From Picochlorum sp. SENEW3 (Eukaryota): DNA of 64,000 bases. The notes under the pieces were generated by a model. The model did not search any database, was not told the DNA's origin, and saw only the letters and a list, made by a program, of their open reading frames with translations. This document shows positions 24,373-36,550 of this stretch, piece after piece (within the stretch, counting starts at the first letter, position 1; every line of letters begins with the position of its first letter). Location of the stretch: assembly GCA_034226945.1 (NCBI GenBank), contig CP120454.1, positions 310,001 to 374,000 on the forward strand, written 5' to 3'. Both the position numbers and the translations under genes were made by a program.

Positions 24373-27300
24373 TTATTCAAGAGTGAGGACGGATGCCAGA
24401 TATGAAATCTCCTTTCGATCGCCGACCCAATCGCTGAAGTTCTCCTCACTCCCTGATTCCAAAAAGGCCCTGAAAGCAATCAAATAAAAATACCTTTGCA
24501 GATAATGCAGCCCCAAGCGCTTCGCGAAGGATGCATCTGCAGGATCAACTTGATCGATGGACTCTTCTTCGGATATCCTTTTGCATTCGAGGATATCCTG
24601 TGTGATGCTCCCAATCGATTGACACCTTTCTATTGCATCATCCACCGCCTTTTTGGCATCTCCTCCCCGAGGGAGCGCACGCAAGAGGTTCATGATGCCT
24701 CTATATTCTCCTGCTTCGATGGATCTAGATAGATCAAATGTCTCAGAGTCATTTCTCACGAGGCTGGAGGGTTGTGTTAAGCTTTCCCCGTTTGATTGAT
24801 TAGACAAGGCTGTTGGGGCAGTAAGGCATGTGCTAGCAAAGGTGGCGGAAAATCTGGCACTGCTTCCTGTGCTCGTTCGAGACAAGAAGACATAGTATGT
24901 GTTTTTATTGGTCTTCTTACTGGGAAGGCCGACATGTGCATGCAATTGGTCGAGATCCTGTGTCTGTGGGGTTCTCTCTCTCGACATTGGCACTCTCTTG
25001 TACTCCAAGTTGTATCCTTCCGCTGCCAAGCCCAAGAATACTTCCGCTGGTGTCCAAAGACCCTGCATGTACATTTTATAGGGATATACCATTATCTTCG
25101 ACAGGCAATACGGTTGAATTATGAAGATCAACATACCGAGTCTATGTCACCTCCTTCTCCTGTTGTTTCCCAGAATGCAGAGACAAAGGTTGTTGGCTGG
25201 TATGCAGTGGTTTTCGTGATATCTTCTCCTCTATCATCCCTCTGCATTTGATTTCCGAAGGAATTGAACTTGGCCAAGTTGAATGTTCGATTTTCTGACT
25301 CAAAAGACAGGCGAGCTAGTGGAGCTGCCTTCTCATCTTCTCTATGGAGCAAGACCTTTCCTCCCCAAGCAATTGATTCATTGATCATATCTGTCCGCAA
25401 TCGCCTCTCTAGATCTTCAATCTTGACTGCCTTTATTCCGGCATGATGCAAAGCAGCTGCCGGCATTTCCAGTTCTCTTCTCATGTAGGCTGTCCCATTC
25501 ACGTAAAGGACCAGTTCCTCTCGAAGATCCGTGAAAACAACGCGCGCATGTCCACCAGAAAGAGCTCCAATCTTTTTCATAAATTGTCTAAGGCCAGATA
25601 TTGTTGCATTCCCAAAAGTGAAAATCGGTTGCTGATTCACTTTTCTCATATCTGATAGACCTTTCACAAGTAAGTCTTTTGGAACATTTGTTCCATCTGT
25701 ATTCTTTTGGAGCATGTAACTCTTCAGAATTGTTCTCTTGCCGATTGTATGACCTCTTCTTCTGAGCAAAATTCTCCGCGCCTCCGAAATAGACACATGG
25801 TGATCACTGCTTGGCTCCTCAGTGTAATCATTGCTAGAATATTGTGGTATGAGATCTGGTGCGACTGGGACAGGCGCAAGGGCCCCAGCAGGGTTCAGAT
25901 GGATTCCATCGATTGATGAAGTTATGTCCGTCCGTGCTAGCAACCAATCTTCGAAAGTAAGCGATCTGCCTTTCTGGCGGCATTCATGGAGGTAGACACT
26001 GAATGCAATAAGCATACAGTACCGCTCCATGTACGCTGAGCCCCTTTGGAAAGCGCTATGTCGACTCTGTAATTCTGGTCGAAAAAATGTTTCGACAGAT
26101 TTTGGCTTTCTGTATCGCATGATCGCTGTTCTTAGGTTTACTAGAACACCACAAGCATCAATGACTTCATCAACTTCTGCTTTTGCCTCCATCCCTCTTT
26201 CAAGAGTGCGAGTGAACCTCCTAACGCCAATATATTCGCCATTTTCCATATTTCTCTTCTCAGGATCCACTGATGGAGTTCCTGACATCAGCAGAGACGT
26301 CCTTGGTGTTTCCACAAAAGGCCCCTGAAGCTCATAGGCATCACCCTCGTCTGAGCTGTTTCGTCGAGGAGAATTCCCTCCAATGTCCTCATCAAGCCTC
26401 TCTAAGGTATCCACCTTTTCCAGAGCTGATGCATTAGGTACTGCAGCTCCATTGAGGTGCATTCTCAGAAGAGCCCCAATACACATCCCTGTCGTTGTTC
26501 TTCCTCCTCCCAGTTGGCATGTATAAATCAAAGCATCATTTGGTCTTGCAGCCGCTGCAGCGCCATAAAACAAGTCAAAATCTTTTGGCTTTGGACAAGT
26601 GCCATCTGTTAAAGGAATTCTGATGAAATTGACTCTATAATTTTCTGCCTGTAACTTTTCCAGAACCTGTCGAGGTGTCTCAACAAGCATACTATCCACA
26701 ATCTTGACAATTTTGTCCTTCAAAATCCGATTACCATCCGCCAGAATCTCCTCCACAGTCACAATCATTTCACCATCATACTCAGAAGCTTCCTGAATCA
26801 CGTCCTCTCGTAACCTCTGTTCCATTTGATCAAGCCTCTGTGCATCAATACCTCTGTACTCCATCAAATTTTTGAACGGTCTAGATGCTTCCCTCAGGAC
26901 GTATGGATCGCCATTAATATAAATGACAGGTTCCTCTCTCATCATATGCCAAACTGCGTAATTATTGGAACTGTCTCCTGGGCCTGCACCAACAGAGTCC
27001 AGGACCCGTTTGATCCCATCTACAGTTGCAATAGCACCCCCATACACATGTATCCCAGGGCTTCTCAGTCCCCTAAAATTCGGAGCACCTCCTATTTCAT
27101 ATTTTAGCCTCGAACTCTGGCATCCTTTAAAGTGATCCAATTTCAGTATTGTGTGAGGACCAAGCACGGACCCAGGTCTATGAGCAATATGCTCTGCAAA
27201 GGACTCTTCTCTCTCAACCAATGCCTCATTATCTTTCCCTTTCTCATCAAAATTCAAGGCAGAAAGAGGATTAGCACGCAAAAGCCTCTCCAAAATCGCG

Positions 27301-28496
27301 AGGAGCTCGGGGCGATCAGTCACCCATGTTGAAAATGGGACATGGGTGGGTGATCCAAATGCAAATGCTGGGTCATCCAAATAAGCTGCAAACACGATGA
27401 GTGAGTAATATCTATCTAGATATTCAAGGCAAACTTGTAGAAGAGACTGCCTCCTCATTTCATTCTGCTCGTGGAATATCCTTGACCTGTACGCTGCAAT
27501 GGCTTCCCTCAGATTTTGCATTGCTGCGCACGCATCCAGTACCAGATCGAGCGCAACTTTTGCACTTCTCCCATTTTCTAATGCTCGTAGCATGCTTCTA
27601 ATTGCTAGAAACATTCCATTCCTCAGATCATCAGCACCAACTTTTGGACTGGCAATGTCGAGTTCCTCAGGATGGCACCACCATACAGGGAGAGGGCTTT
27701 GTGGAAGTACTGGCGGCGGTGCTAGGTACCCCTGCGCTTTCCTCAGAAGAATCATGCAAGCAATACACATTCCTGTCGTTGTTCTTCCCCTTCCCATCTG
27801 ACAATTAAAGACTATGGCATCACCATCTTCAATCTCCCAGCTCTTTCTCATTAGAATCTCAAAATCATCACCACCTGGAGCCTTTTCATCCGTGACAGGG
27901 ACCCTTAGATAGTCTAAATTATATCCATCGTTACATAGCTCTTCATATACCTCGGCTGGAGTCTGAATATCGACATCTGTGACAGGCTCCCAATCCACTA
28001 CAATCTGAAATTGATCATCCTCCTCGGCAACCATGACACTCCCATCATACTGACTTGCTTCCGCCAAAACATCCGCTTTCAACCTTTTCTCCATCTCCTC
28101 TACACGTTGAGTATCTATGCCTGTATACTCCAAATTCGCAAAGGGCTTGTCAGATTCCCGCACAACATAGGGACTGCCATTAACATAAATCACAGGTTCC
28201 TCCCTCAGATTGATCCATGTCACCTTCCTCCTTCCTTTTTGAGCCCCCAACAACGCCAAGACATTCCTCAGCCCAACGACTGTTGGAATAGCGACCCCAA
28301 AAACGGGAAGGCCTTCGATACCACGAAAATTGGGCGCACCCTCAACGAGCGGTCGTAGCTTTGTGTTTTGACAACCAGGAAAGTGGTCGCTTTTCAGCAG
28401 AGAATGGGGTATCAACACTTCACCATTTCTATTTGCTACTATTTCATCCGCATTATACTTCGTTGAGCTGCTCTCTGGAGGACTGGTACCATTCAT
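24373..28496 (-). CDS. Paladin-like triple PTP/phytase-domain protein
   Basis: Three repeats of GAPNFR / (N,D)(L,M)REE / P(V,L)TD type. P-loops are NCQMGRGRTTTG and TCQLGGGRTTTG, with a degenerate third (SRTSTGSS). Intron at ~25063-25137. Confidence 0.92.
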
Positions 28497-28911
28497 GAGT
28501 GTCGAACGGTTAGAGACCCAAACTCGTATATCGCCCTGAACAGAGAAAATCCAAGACTTTTCTGCCCGTAAACAGAGTCAGATACACACGAGGAATACAC
28601 TGCGAGTAACCAACCTTCAACCTCTGCTATCACGTGGAAAACAGATTTTTGCTGCAGAGTTGAAGGGGTCTTTCGTTCTTCTTTGTCTCACAAGAACATA
28701 AACAATGAATTATTATTGTACTCCTTCGACTGGCACCAGGCAGTGGCATCTATGCATCCACATTGGCAACCCAATATTGGGGCCTTTCGTCCAGACAGGT
28801 CCAATCCAATTTTCTCTCCATTGACAAACTGATCTTCATATTCGCTGCGGCATTTGCATCATAATCTGATACAATGATGCATGTTACAATATTAATGGGT
28901 CTATAATCAAT

Positions 28912-29522
28912 ATGAGTTTGGATATTCCCAGCGATGTGGTGCAGGAATTGGAAGCATGCAAGGTACGTCTTCAGCACAAGAGTCTGGCGTGGGACAGGAT
29001 CTGATATATGCATTGGATTTGTAGAAATCTCTAGAAACATGTAAACGAGTACTGTCAGATGTGTATGATGGCCATGCGTCGCTACGGGAAAGCCAACGCG
29101 ACGTGGAGCCTTTGGAAGCAGGTAAGCAGTGCCAGGAACTGGCAGAGTTCACGCTGTCTCTGTGCCAAGTTTTATTACGATGTAGAGGCGTCAATCCAGA
29201 TAGCCTATCTTTCTTTCACAAAGAGAGGAAGAGACTGGAAGCATACCATAATAAGATCAGCAAGGCTGAGGCACAGGTGAAGAAAAGGATGTTGACTCTG
29301 GACGTTGATGCTGCAAATCGATTCATAGCTGCCGCTCAGGGTAGGCCAAGTACATCGACAAAGTCTGTGAGTACAGCACAGCAGAAACAGAAAAAGAAAA
29401 AGACGCGTGGGAACGCTCTTGGGGCCAAGGGCAGCAGAGAAAGAGATCCCGCTTTATCTTTTCTGGAGGACTTGTCCATACAAAGAATTGATACCGAGTC
29501 AGTACCAGAACGAATGAATTGA
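28912..29522 (+). CDS. C1D/Rrp47-like exosome cofactor (Sas10/Utp3/C1D family)
   Basis: Exons 28912-28962 and 29025-29522. LLRCRGVNP...ERKRLEAY..KI...LDVDAANRFI followed by a basic tail. Confidence 0.75.
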
Positions 29523-29593
29523 ATGAAAAAATCTTTTACCGATACGTTTTAGTTGTAGTCAAATCTCCCATGTGTGTATAGTAGTAGTAATAC

Positions 29594-30320
29594 CTACGCC
29601 AAGAAACCCAGCTTTTCACCATTCTTTTTAGCAAGCCTAATAAGACCTTGAACTTGCTTTGTATCCACACCTATCTGCTTGCAAAAGTCCTTGATCACTT
29701 GAGAGTGCAGCGAAATAGCTTTCCCTCGCAATTTGTTAAACTCTTTTGTTCCAACAATATCTCTAGTTATTCTAACTATGGGGGCAAAAGGCCCAGTGGA
29801 GCCTTTATTTCCAGCAACAATGTGCACAGCTGTCCTACGTCCAGTATCTGCGCAAGACAATAGTACAGTTAGTAAAAGGTCCACATCAGCGATTGTATTG
29901 ATGAGGGAGGACAGATACCCAGTGGGTGCTCATATGTGTAGAATGGACAGACCCTCCCATCAAACTCCACGTGTCACAGGCAAATTCTGGAACCCCATCG
30001 GGAACCAGCAGCCACTACCCGAGTTGACTATTTCCCAATATTCCGTCACATCTTTGGGCTTTCCCCCTCATCTATTACCATATTGATGTTTTCAGCATAT
30101 TGTGCGTACCTGTATGCCTTGATCTAGCCAATCTTGGATTTGTGCACGTGGTCGTAGGCAGCACCGCTGCACTCGATCCATAAAGACCGGCACCGACACA
30201 TTTGACCGATGAGAATCCTTTCTTGCTCACACATTGTTTACTAAAGTGGGAATGATACCCTTGTGTGGCCAATCTGGACCTTGAAACAGTGGTAGCCTTG
30301 ACCGTGATGCACGTGGACAT
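29594..30320 (-). CDS. PGR5: Proton gradient regulation 5
   Basis: FAPIV...FNKLRGKAISLHSQVIKDFC...LIRLAKKNGEKLGFLA. Transit-peptide exon at 30110-30320, followed by a ~260-nt intron. Confidence 0.97.
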
Positions 30321-30474
30321 TGTAGGCTATCTGAACAATTAAATAACAAAGTGGAGGAAAAGAAACTACAAGATACTAAATTTTATTTCTCAACAAAAGC
30401 AATGCGTGGTTACTGTGGGTCAGCAACGACAAATGGGGCGCACAGCCCGTTGGATTCCTCCTACAATGAGAATT

Positions 30475-33249
30475 TCATTTTCCTGACGAAAATTTCCTCT
30501 TATTCTTGGGTGGCTCCTTCACCTTTAACACTTCAACATCGATTCCAGAAGTTTCCAAAAATGATATCCATGCCCTCTGTTTATCAGAAAGGGTGTCTCT
30601 CGGGCCCTTTACCTCGGATAATTTTGCAGATTGTGTCTCAGGTCTCCACAACAGGAGGTCTGGCATGCCACCTGTCCAACTGGAATAGTCTTCACACATG
30701 AGAGAACAGACGGCTGCGATACCTGCTCCACCAACACAAGAGATGATGGATTGTATAGTGGCGAGATCGTACTTTTCCCAGGATATTCCTCTCACTGAGA
30801 CACCGTAATTATCTCGCCAGCACCTTTCCACGAGAAAAGGACCATTGCCTTGGCGTACATCGTGTAAAATCTGATCAATCGTTGATTTTCTAGATTCATA
30901 GAATCCTGGAAATCCCAAATCTAAAGGAGCTGTCTGAAATGGAGTCCGAAATACATTTGGAAGCGGTTGGAAGAGGGCAGGCCATAGCAACAGGCTGAAG
31001 ATTGTGCACCATATGCCTCCCTCACTGTGAATTCCTCGATAGCATCCTCCTTCGTCGGATGCATAATATTGTAAAGCTAGTTGCTCTACTGAGCAAACGC
31101 TAGAATCGTATCCCAAGAACCTACTTTTTCCGCCCCTGGTGTTCTCGAGAGGATTGCCTTCAATAACAAGAACGTTTGGGTCTTTGGGCATGAGCTTCGC
31201 CCACGACGGCTTTTTCCATCGCCTCGGAGGCTTTGCAAGTTTTAGTATTCTTCGCTGAAGTGTGAGCCTTTCGTCAGGACGGACGCTAGGATCTGCCAAT
31301 GCTGTCTCAGCAATCTCAAGGGAGTCAGTAGGTCTCCCAATATGTTCCAAATTGATCGATAATCTGATCCACCAATACCCTCGTCTTTCCTTACAGTATA
31401 TACCACCCAGAAGCTGTTGAAGCCTCTCAATCGCAAGTTTGTATTCTTTCTTTCTCTCCAGCATACCAATCCCGACAGTTGCCATGATACAGTAGATCCA
31501 TTTACTGTGGTACTGCATGTAAAAGGGGGGCTGGAGTCCATTCGAATCTGACATTTTGTTTTCTTGTCTATCCAAAAGTTTCCAAGCCGGAGCCAGATGG
31601 TATTCTATAGATTTGAAATCTTGTTCCTGGAAAAACAAAGCCATGTGATGCAGTCCTGACGACAAATGCAAGATGTGTTGATGACATACCTGTATTGCAT
31701 GAACCAACCTTTCAGCAGCAAATAAGGACCTCTCGTAGTCTAAAAATAGTTGTCTGTTGGGAAATACTTCCTGTTCACGAGTGATGGCATAAGCTGGATA
31801 ACGAATGTGGCCTGATTCGACTGCCTCCCAAGTCCCGAGAGAATGTCCTTCGTTCAGGAAAAATAACCGCTGAATCCTATGAAAGGACTGCCTATACTCC
31901 TTTGTCACCTCGAAAATATCTCCTGTTACATTGAAGATTACTTTCAGGGTAGCATCACGGCTCTCAGAATGCTTTGACGTCAAACAACTTGCTACATAAC
32001 CAACTAGCTCATCCTTCTTTTTTGTTCGCAGCCTCTTACTAGATACATCATGCATCAAAGCTTCTGCTTCAAAATTGCTCCCTTTTATCTGATCAATAAT
32101 ATCTATCAATTCTTTTTTCTGAAACACGTCACATAAAATTGATTTTATCGTTTCAGCATCCCTGGAAGGAGCATTATTTGCACCACTGCTCAATGACTCT
32201 TTCGTGTGGACTACTGCTAGCAAACCATGATCGCACAATTCCCGCAAAGATGCTGTCACATCCTTTGAATATCTATTTTCGAGAAAATGTATGGAAAAAT
32301 ATGTTTTCTGCTTTTGTGCTAGACTTGCAAATAAAATTTGGCCTGTGGATCCCTGTGACTGGAACAAAACCTTGAATCTCTTATCATTGTCGCCGAGCGC
32401 TTTTGACTCAATTTTTTCTACAACATCCAAGATTTGATGGACTCTTTGCAGTAAACGTGCTGAATACACACTGCTGTCCTTGTCAAGTCTGTGTATTTCT
32501 GCGACTTCTGCAAGCTCTTTGATACAATCATCCTTTGAACCAAATGATGATGGTGCTTTCACAAATGACAAAGATATCCTAACTGAGACATTTTTTATTC
32601 CCAGTGGCTCATGTAACAAAATACCTCGACCTTGAACAATGCCTGCTTTCAGCAAAGGACCAAGCTTTGCTGCAACAACTTGTGGCACATATCCAAGGGA
32701 ACCTGTACCGTCCCATGCCACAGCCAATGTCGCGTTGGGGTCATACCTGTTATCCTCATCCCAAACAAGCTTGAATTCATCCCCCTTGTTCACCACATGT
32801 TTCCCACAGAACCGTCTGCCCACAATCTGTGTTTCAAAAGACATCCCGTCATTTCCAGCAGACTGAGGCTCGACTGAGACATCACGGCCATCCAAAAGAT
32901 TCGCCTTATCACTGAAATTGGCTTTCCCATTCTGTACCACGGTCGAATCGCAAGATCTGGTCATCGTATGAAGCAGACTTCTCTGCTTCTTTGGTCTAGA
33001 CTGATGTGACCTTGTTAGGCAAATCTCCACGTGCTCGCTCATGACCAACTCACTTGAATCCCCATCGAATTCTTTCCAGCATATAGGACACTGATATCCA
33101 TCCCATGAAACAGTTTGTGCCGCACTTTCTTCTCGAGCGCCTTGTCCCGCCTTTTCACTGTCACTCGAGTCAACAAGACGAACATTTGGCCCCACAATCC
33201 TGCTCAGGGTACCCATCCCACGAATATATGATGTATTATTTGAAGACAT
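30475..33249 (-). CDS. FAN1: Fanconi-associated nuclease 1 (UBZ, HIRAN, VRR_NUC)
   Basis: CPIC...HVEIC UBZ finger, IVGRRF...NRYDPNA...LGYVP HIRAN domain, SVEQLAL, HSEGG and GGMPDLLLW...SEVKGPRDTLSDKQRAW nuclease motifs. Probable in-frame intron at ~31627-31689. Confidence 0.95.
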   Translation of the reverse strand: MSSNNTSYIRGMGTLSRIVGPNVRLVDSSDSEKAGQGAREESAAQTVSWDGYQCPICWKEFDGDSSELVMSEHVEICLTRSHQSRPKKQRSLLHTMTRSCDSTVVQNGKANFSDKANLLDGRDVSVEPQSAGNDGMSFETQIVGRRFCGKHVVNKGDEFKLVWDEDNRYDPNATLAVAWDGTGSLGYVPQVVAAKLGPLLKAGIVQGRGILLHEPLGIKNVSVRISLSFVKAPSSFGSKDDCIKELAEVAEIHRLDKDSSVYSARLLQRVHQILDVVEKIESKALGDNDKRFKVLFQSQGSTGQILFASLAQKQKTYFSIHFLENRYSKDVTASLRELCDHGLLAVVHTKESLSSGANNAPSRDAETIKSILCDVFQKKELIDIIDQIKGSNFEAEALMHDVSSKRLRTKKKDELVGYVASCLTSKHSESRDATLKVIFNVTGDIFEVTKEYRQSFHRIQRLFFLNEGHSLGTWEAVESGHIRYPAYAITREQEVFPNRQLFLDYERSLFAAERLVHAIQVCHQHILHLSSGLHHMALFFQEQDFKSIEYHLAPAWKLLDRQENKMSDSNGLQPPFYMQYHSKWIYCIMATVGIGMLERKKEYKLAIERLQQLLGGIYCKERRGYWWIRLSINLEHIGRPTDSLEIAETALADPSVRPDERLTLQRRILKLAKPPRRWKKPSWAKLMPKDPNVLVIEGNPLENTRGGKSRFLGYDSSVCSVEQLALQYYASDEGGCYRGIHSEGGIWCTIFSLLLWPALFQPLPNVFRTPFQTAPLDLGFPGFYESRKSTIDQILHDVRQGNGPFLVERCWRDNYGVSVRGISWEKYDLATIQSIISCVGGAGIAAVCSLMCEDYSSWTGGMPDLLLWRPETQSAKLSEVKGPRDTLSDKQRAWISFLETSGIDVEVLKVKEPPKNKRKFSSGK

Positions 33250-33569
33250 ATCCTCTATTATGAATCCTATCACCAAATATCTATCAAAATGAACAGGTCA
33301 ATGCTTTAAGCAACAACCGACACCAGTTTTGCTTACATCTTGGAGCCAGACATGAAACACAAAGGCAAAACACGTGCTACTGGTCGTCATATTATTTATT
33401 TAACGCATTACATGCATGTATGAATTTACATACATGTAATTAATTAGTGTGGGTTACAGCACCAGCCTGGGAGTTCCCGCTCAATGGAGGGACTGGATCG
33501 ACCGATCGAATCCGTCCATTTGGGGCCCCGCTCCAGACATTATTGGCAATACAAGGAATGAAGATAAAA

Positions 33570-33730
33570 GGAACAGCTTCGTTGGGATTCTCTACAGGTA
33601 TAAGAGAATTACTCCTCGCACACTGAGTAATATTTTATGAAATGGATATTTTATGAAACCTTAGCTTAAGACGCATCTTTTGGTATACTTTTTGATAACA
33701 TCGGTGCAATATTGGTGACGCGAGAGGCGA
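33570..33730 (+). repeat. Left terminal inverted repeat of MULE
   Basis: Reverse complement of 39032-39192 with 5 mismatches by manual comparison. Contains ATATTTTATGAAA twice. Confidence 0.97.
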
Positions 33731-33981
33731 TTCTTTGTGGATCTTTCTCGATCTTGTTCATATTCCCCATCAATTATCGTCTTTGACAGGGTTTGCGTCA
33801 GTCGAGGATACATTAACTGCTCATTAGACCAGGATCGCCTAGTTAGTGACTCATACCATATATTTCTTGCATATTTAATAAGAAAATCAGTATGTATAGT
33901 TAATTCTTTCATTCAGATGAGCAGGACGTGCTGTGCCACGCGGGGAAAGAGCCCAACCACCAGTTGTTAGTTGGTCTCGCG

Positions 33982-36528
33982 ATGGAGAAAGGTCTAGGTC
34001 CGTTTCCTTGGATGAGCACTAATTTGAACTTTCAATTTTATGCTTCAATGGATTTTGGTGAATTGTAGAGGTGATAAACCGGGTGACACTAGCTCTCGAG
34101 CAGGGCGAGGACTCGTCAACCGGTTTTGACAAAATATGCAACGAATCTGCGCGATTACGACTTCGAAACAAAGAGAAGTTGCTAGAAAAAACTGTTTATA
34201 TGTGTCATCGGGGTCCTCGAAAGAACAAAAGCAGGGAACCAAAAAATGGAAGGCGTCACGTCAATTCCAAGAAAGATATCGAGTGCTGTTATGAAATGTG
34301 GGTTGTCGTATTCGCATCTGAGCCCCAAAATCGTTATTTTATCACTGTACATGGTCATACTGGCCATGATCCCGAGAATAATCCTCAAGAGAGGAGGTGG
34401 TTGAACTCCCTCGAGCAAGGAGTAGTTGAGAACTATTGCTTCAAAGTACGTCTCCATGTTGAAAAGTGTTCGGAATAAAGACTATCTTATACATGTATAT
34501 TTTTGTAGCTGTTTCCCCTGATGACTCCCGCACAGATATTGGATCAACTGCATCAAGGAGTGACACCAGGGGATTTTTCCAATTCGCTTGCATCCCTGAC
34601 CCTTGACCGGATCAAAGCAATTCAACAGAAATATTGGAGAAGAAGTCGTATATGCGATAAAGATAGTGATGCTGTACGAAAATTAATACACGCTCCAAAT
34701 TTCCCGCTGTTGTCTTGCTCCAAAGATTTGAAAAAAGGGTTGTCCATAAAGAGTGCAGATGTCCTACATTATGTACATCGCACGGAGGGTTTTCACATTG
34801 TTATATGCTCCAAGGCGCAGTCTTTACTTTTAAGGAAGCTTGGTGATCTCGTTTTCTTGGATGCAGTTCACGGAACGACAAAGTATGGGTATTTGAACTT
34901 AACAATGCTTGTCCTTGATGAATTTGGTCATGGATTTCCTGTTGCGTTTATGCTTTCACAGACAGAGACATCGAACGATTGGAATTTCCTAATCAAATCA
35001 GTATTTGAGGTCGGTTAACATGCCCTGCTACCTTGCTGTAACCTGAATAATGACAAGTTATGGATTCTTGCAGAAATCTGGAAGGGATCCTTCCAGGACA
35101 ACATTCATGATCGACAAGAGCACAACAATTAGAGCAGCAATAGATCAAGTGGGTGGGAATTACTTCCTCTGCATATTTCATATGATGCAGGATATAGACC
35201 GTCGCCTAAACAGGCATGTTGCTGGCATTCAGTCCAAAAAGAAGTCCAAGATAAAGGGCCGAATAAATTATGAGATCACAACCCTGCGTCACATTAGGGA
35301 TGAGGGAATCTTCCTTGATAGGAGTAGAGCTTTCAAAAATAGAATTCTACAAGATCCGAGAGGAATGTCTAATGTCGCGGGTTTCGTGACGTACTATGAG
35401 AAGAATTGGGAGGCTTGTGCAGACAAATGGGCTGCATTTGGGAGATTGGAATTCGCAGAATACCAGCAAGACACTAATAATTTGATCGAATCCTTTTTCA
35501 GACAGTTGAGAAACCGCCATTGTAGAGATAAAAAGACACGACTAGATGAGCACTTGCGTGTATTGGCATACAACGTCATTCCTACCTATCTGCGGAGGAG
35601 GAGCAGCATTGAAATGGGTCTGATGGGGTCAAAAAATAAAGAGTCGAACGAGATTTTAGAGAATCAGGTTCTCCAGATGATCAAAGGAGGACTTTTTAAA
35701 CTAGATGACACTTCCACTGGGACTGGGTTCGTGCATTATAAAAAGAGTGTCAATTGGTTCTGCATGGCAGAGTTGTCCTGTACATGCCAAAGGAACTCTG
35801 TTGTCTGTGTCCACATAGAAGCAGCTTTTAGACACTTTGGGTCAAATAATGTACAATTTACGTATGAAATATTGCTAAAACACGCAGACTATCTCAGAAA
35901 AAGTGGAGCTGTAAAGTTTGTGTCTGGGACAGAAGATCGTGCAATCACACATGTAGCACCTCCATCGTGGTCCAGATCCTTGGATAATAAAAACCGAATG
36001 TACTATATAGATTCCGGTAGGAGAGTATGCACATGCCCAATGTTCCAGTGCATGAAATTCTGCGGCCACATTCTTGCTACAGTTGCAGATGCAGTGCTGG
36101 AAAATTTGAATGACTACGGCCTAGACTATAGATCTGTGATGCCTGCACATGTTTTTCAACATCCCAGAATCTGTACTGCTCGGCACAGAGACCTCTCAAT
36201 ACAGATAAACGATGAATTGGCATCGTGCCTTGAGCAAGAATGTTCACTGCAACTAGAAAGATCAGACGAGCCCATAGGATATGAATTATCATCTTTAGCC
36301 TCAAGCACAAAACTGCGGCAAATTTGTTGGAGGATTCCTGAGGAGAAGCAAGAAGAAGCGGCTGAGATGATTGAAGAGTTAACGCACATTTTGGAAAAGA
36401 ATTTCCTGCTCTCTGAATTACCCACAACATTCACAAAAGAGACAGTCGAGGTTGAGAAAAAGCGAAAATATTCTAGAATCAGTACAGACAGAAAATACAA
36501 GCCTTTGTTTCCCGTCCTTAAAAAATGA
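33982..36528 (+). CDS. MULE DDE transposase with N-terminal FAR1/WRKY-GCM1-like Zn finger and two SWIM fingers
   Basis: Exons ~33982-33997, 34069-34445, 34509-35009 and 35074-36528 join in frame. Motifs: VFLDAVHGTTKYG (D1), FMIDKS (D2), CIFH (CxxH), TNNLIESFF (E), CTC..CVH and CTC..CGH. True start uncertain. Confidence 0.93.
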
Positions 36529-36550
36529 TGCAACTGCCAATCAAACCTTG

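Noticed and set aside
24840..24900. Missing catalytic Cys in the third paladin domain
   Set aside because: As I recall, a degenerate third domain is also typical of plant paladin-like homologs, so it is not novel.
8770..33249. Apparent DNA-metabolism cluster (RAD54, ORC4, FAN1)
   Set aside because: Interspersed with unrelated genes, which is expected by chance at this gene density.
33408..33440. AT-rich inverted repeat considered as a Helitron end
   Set aside because: Low complexity, and it lacks the GC-rich hairpin plus CTRR terminus.
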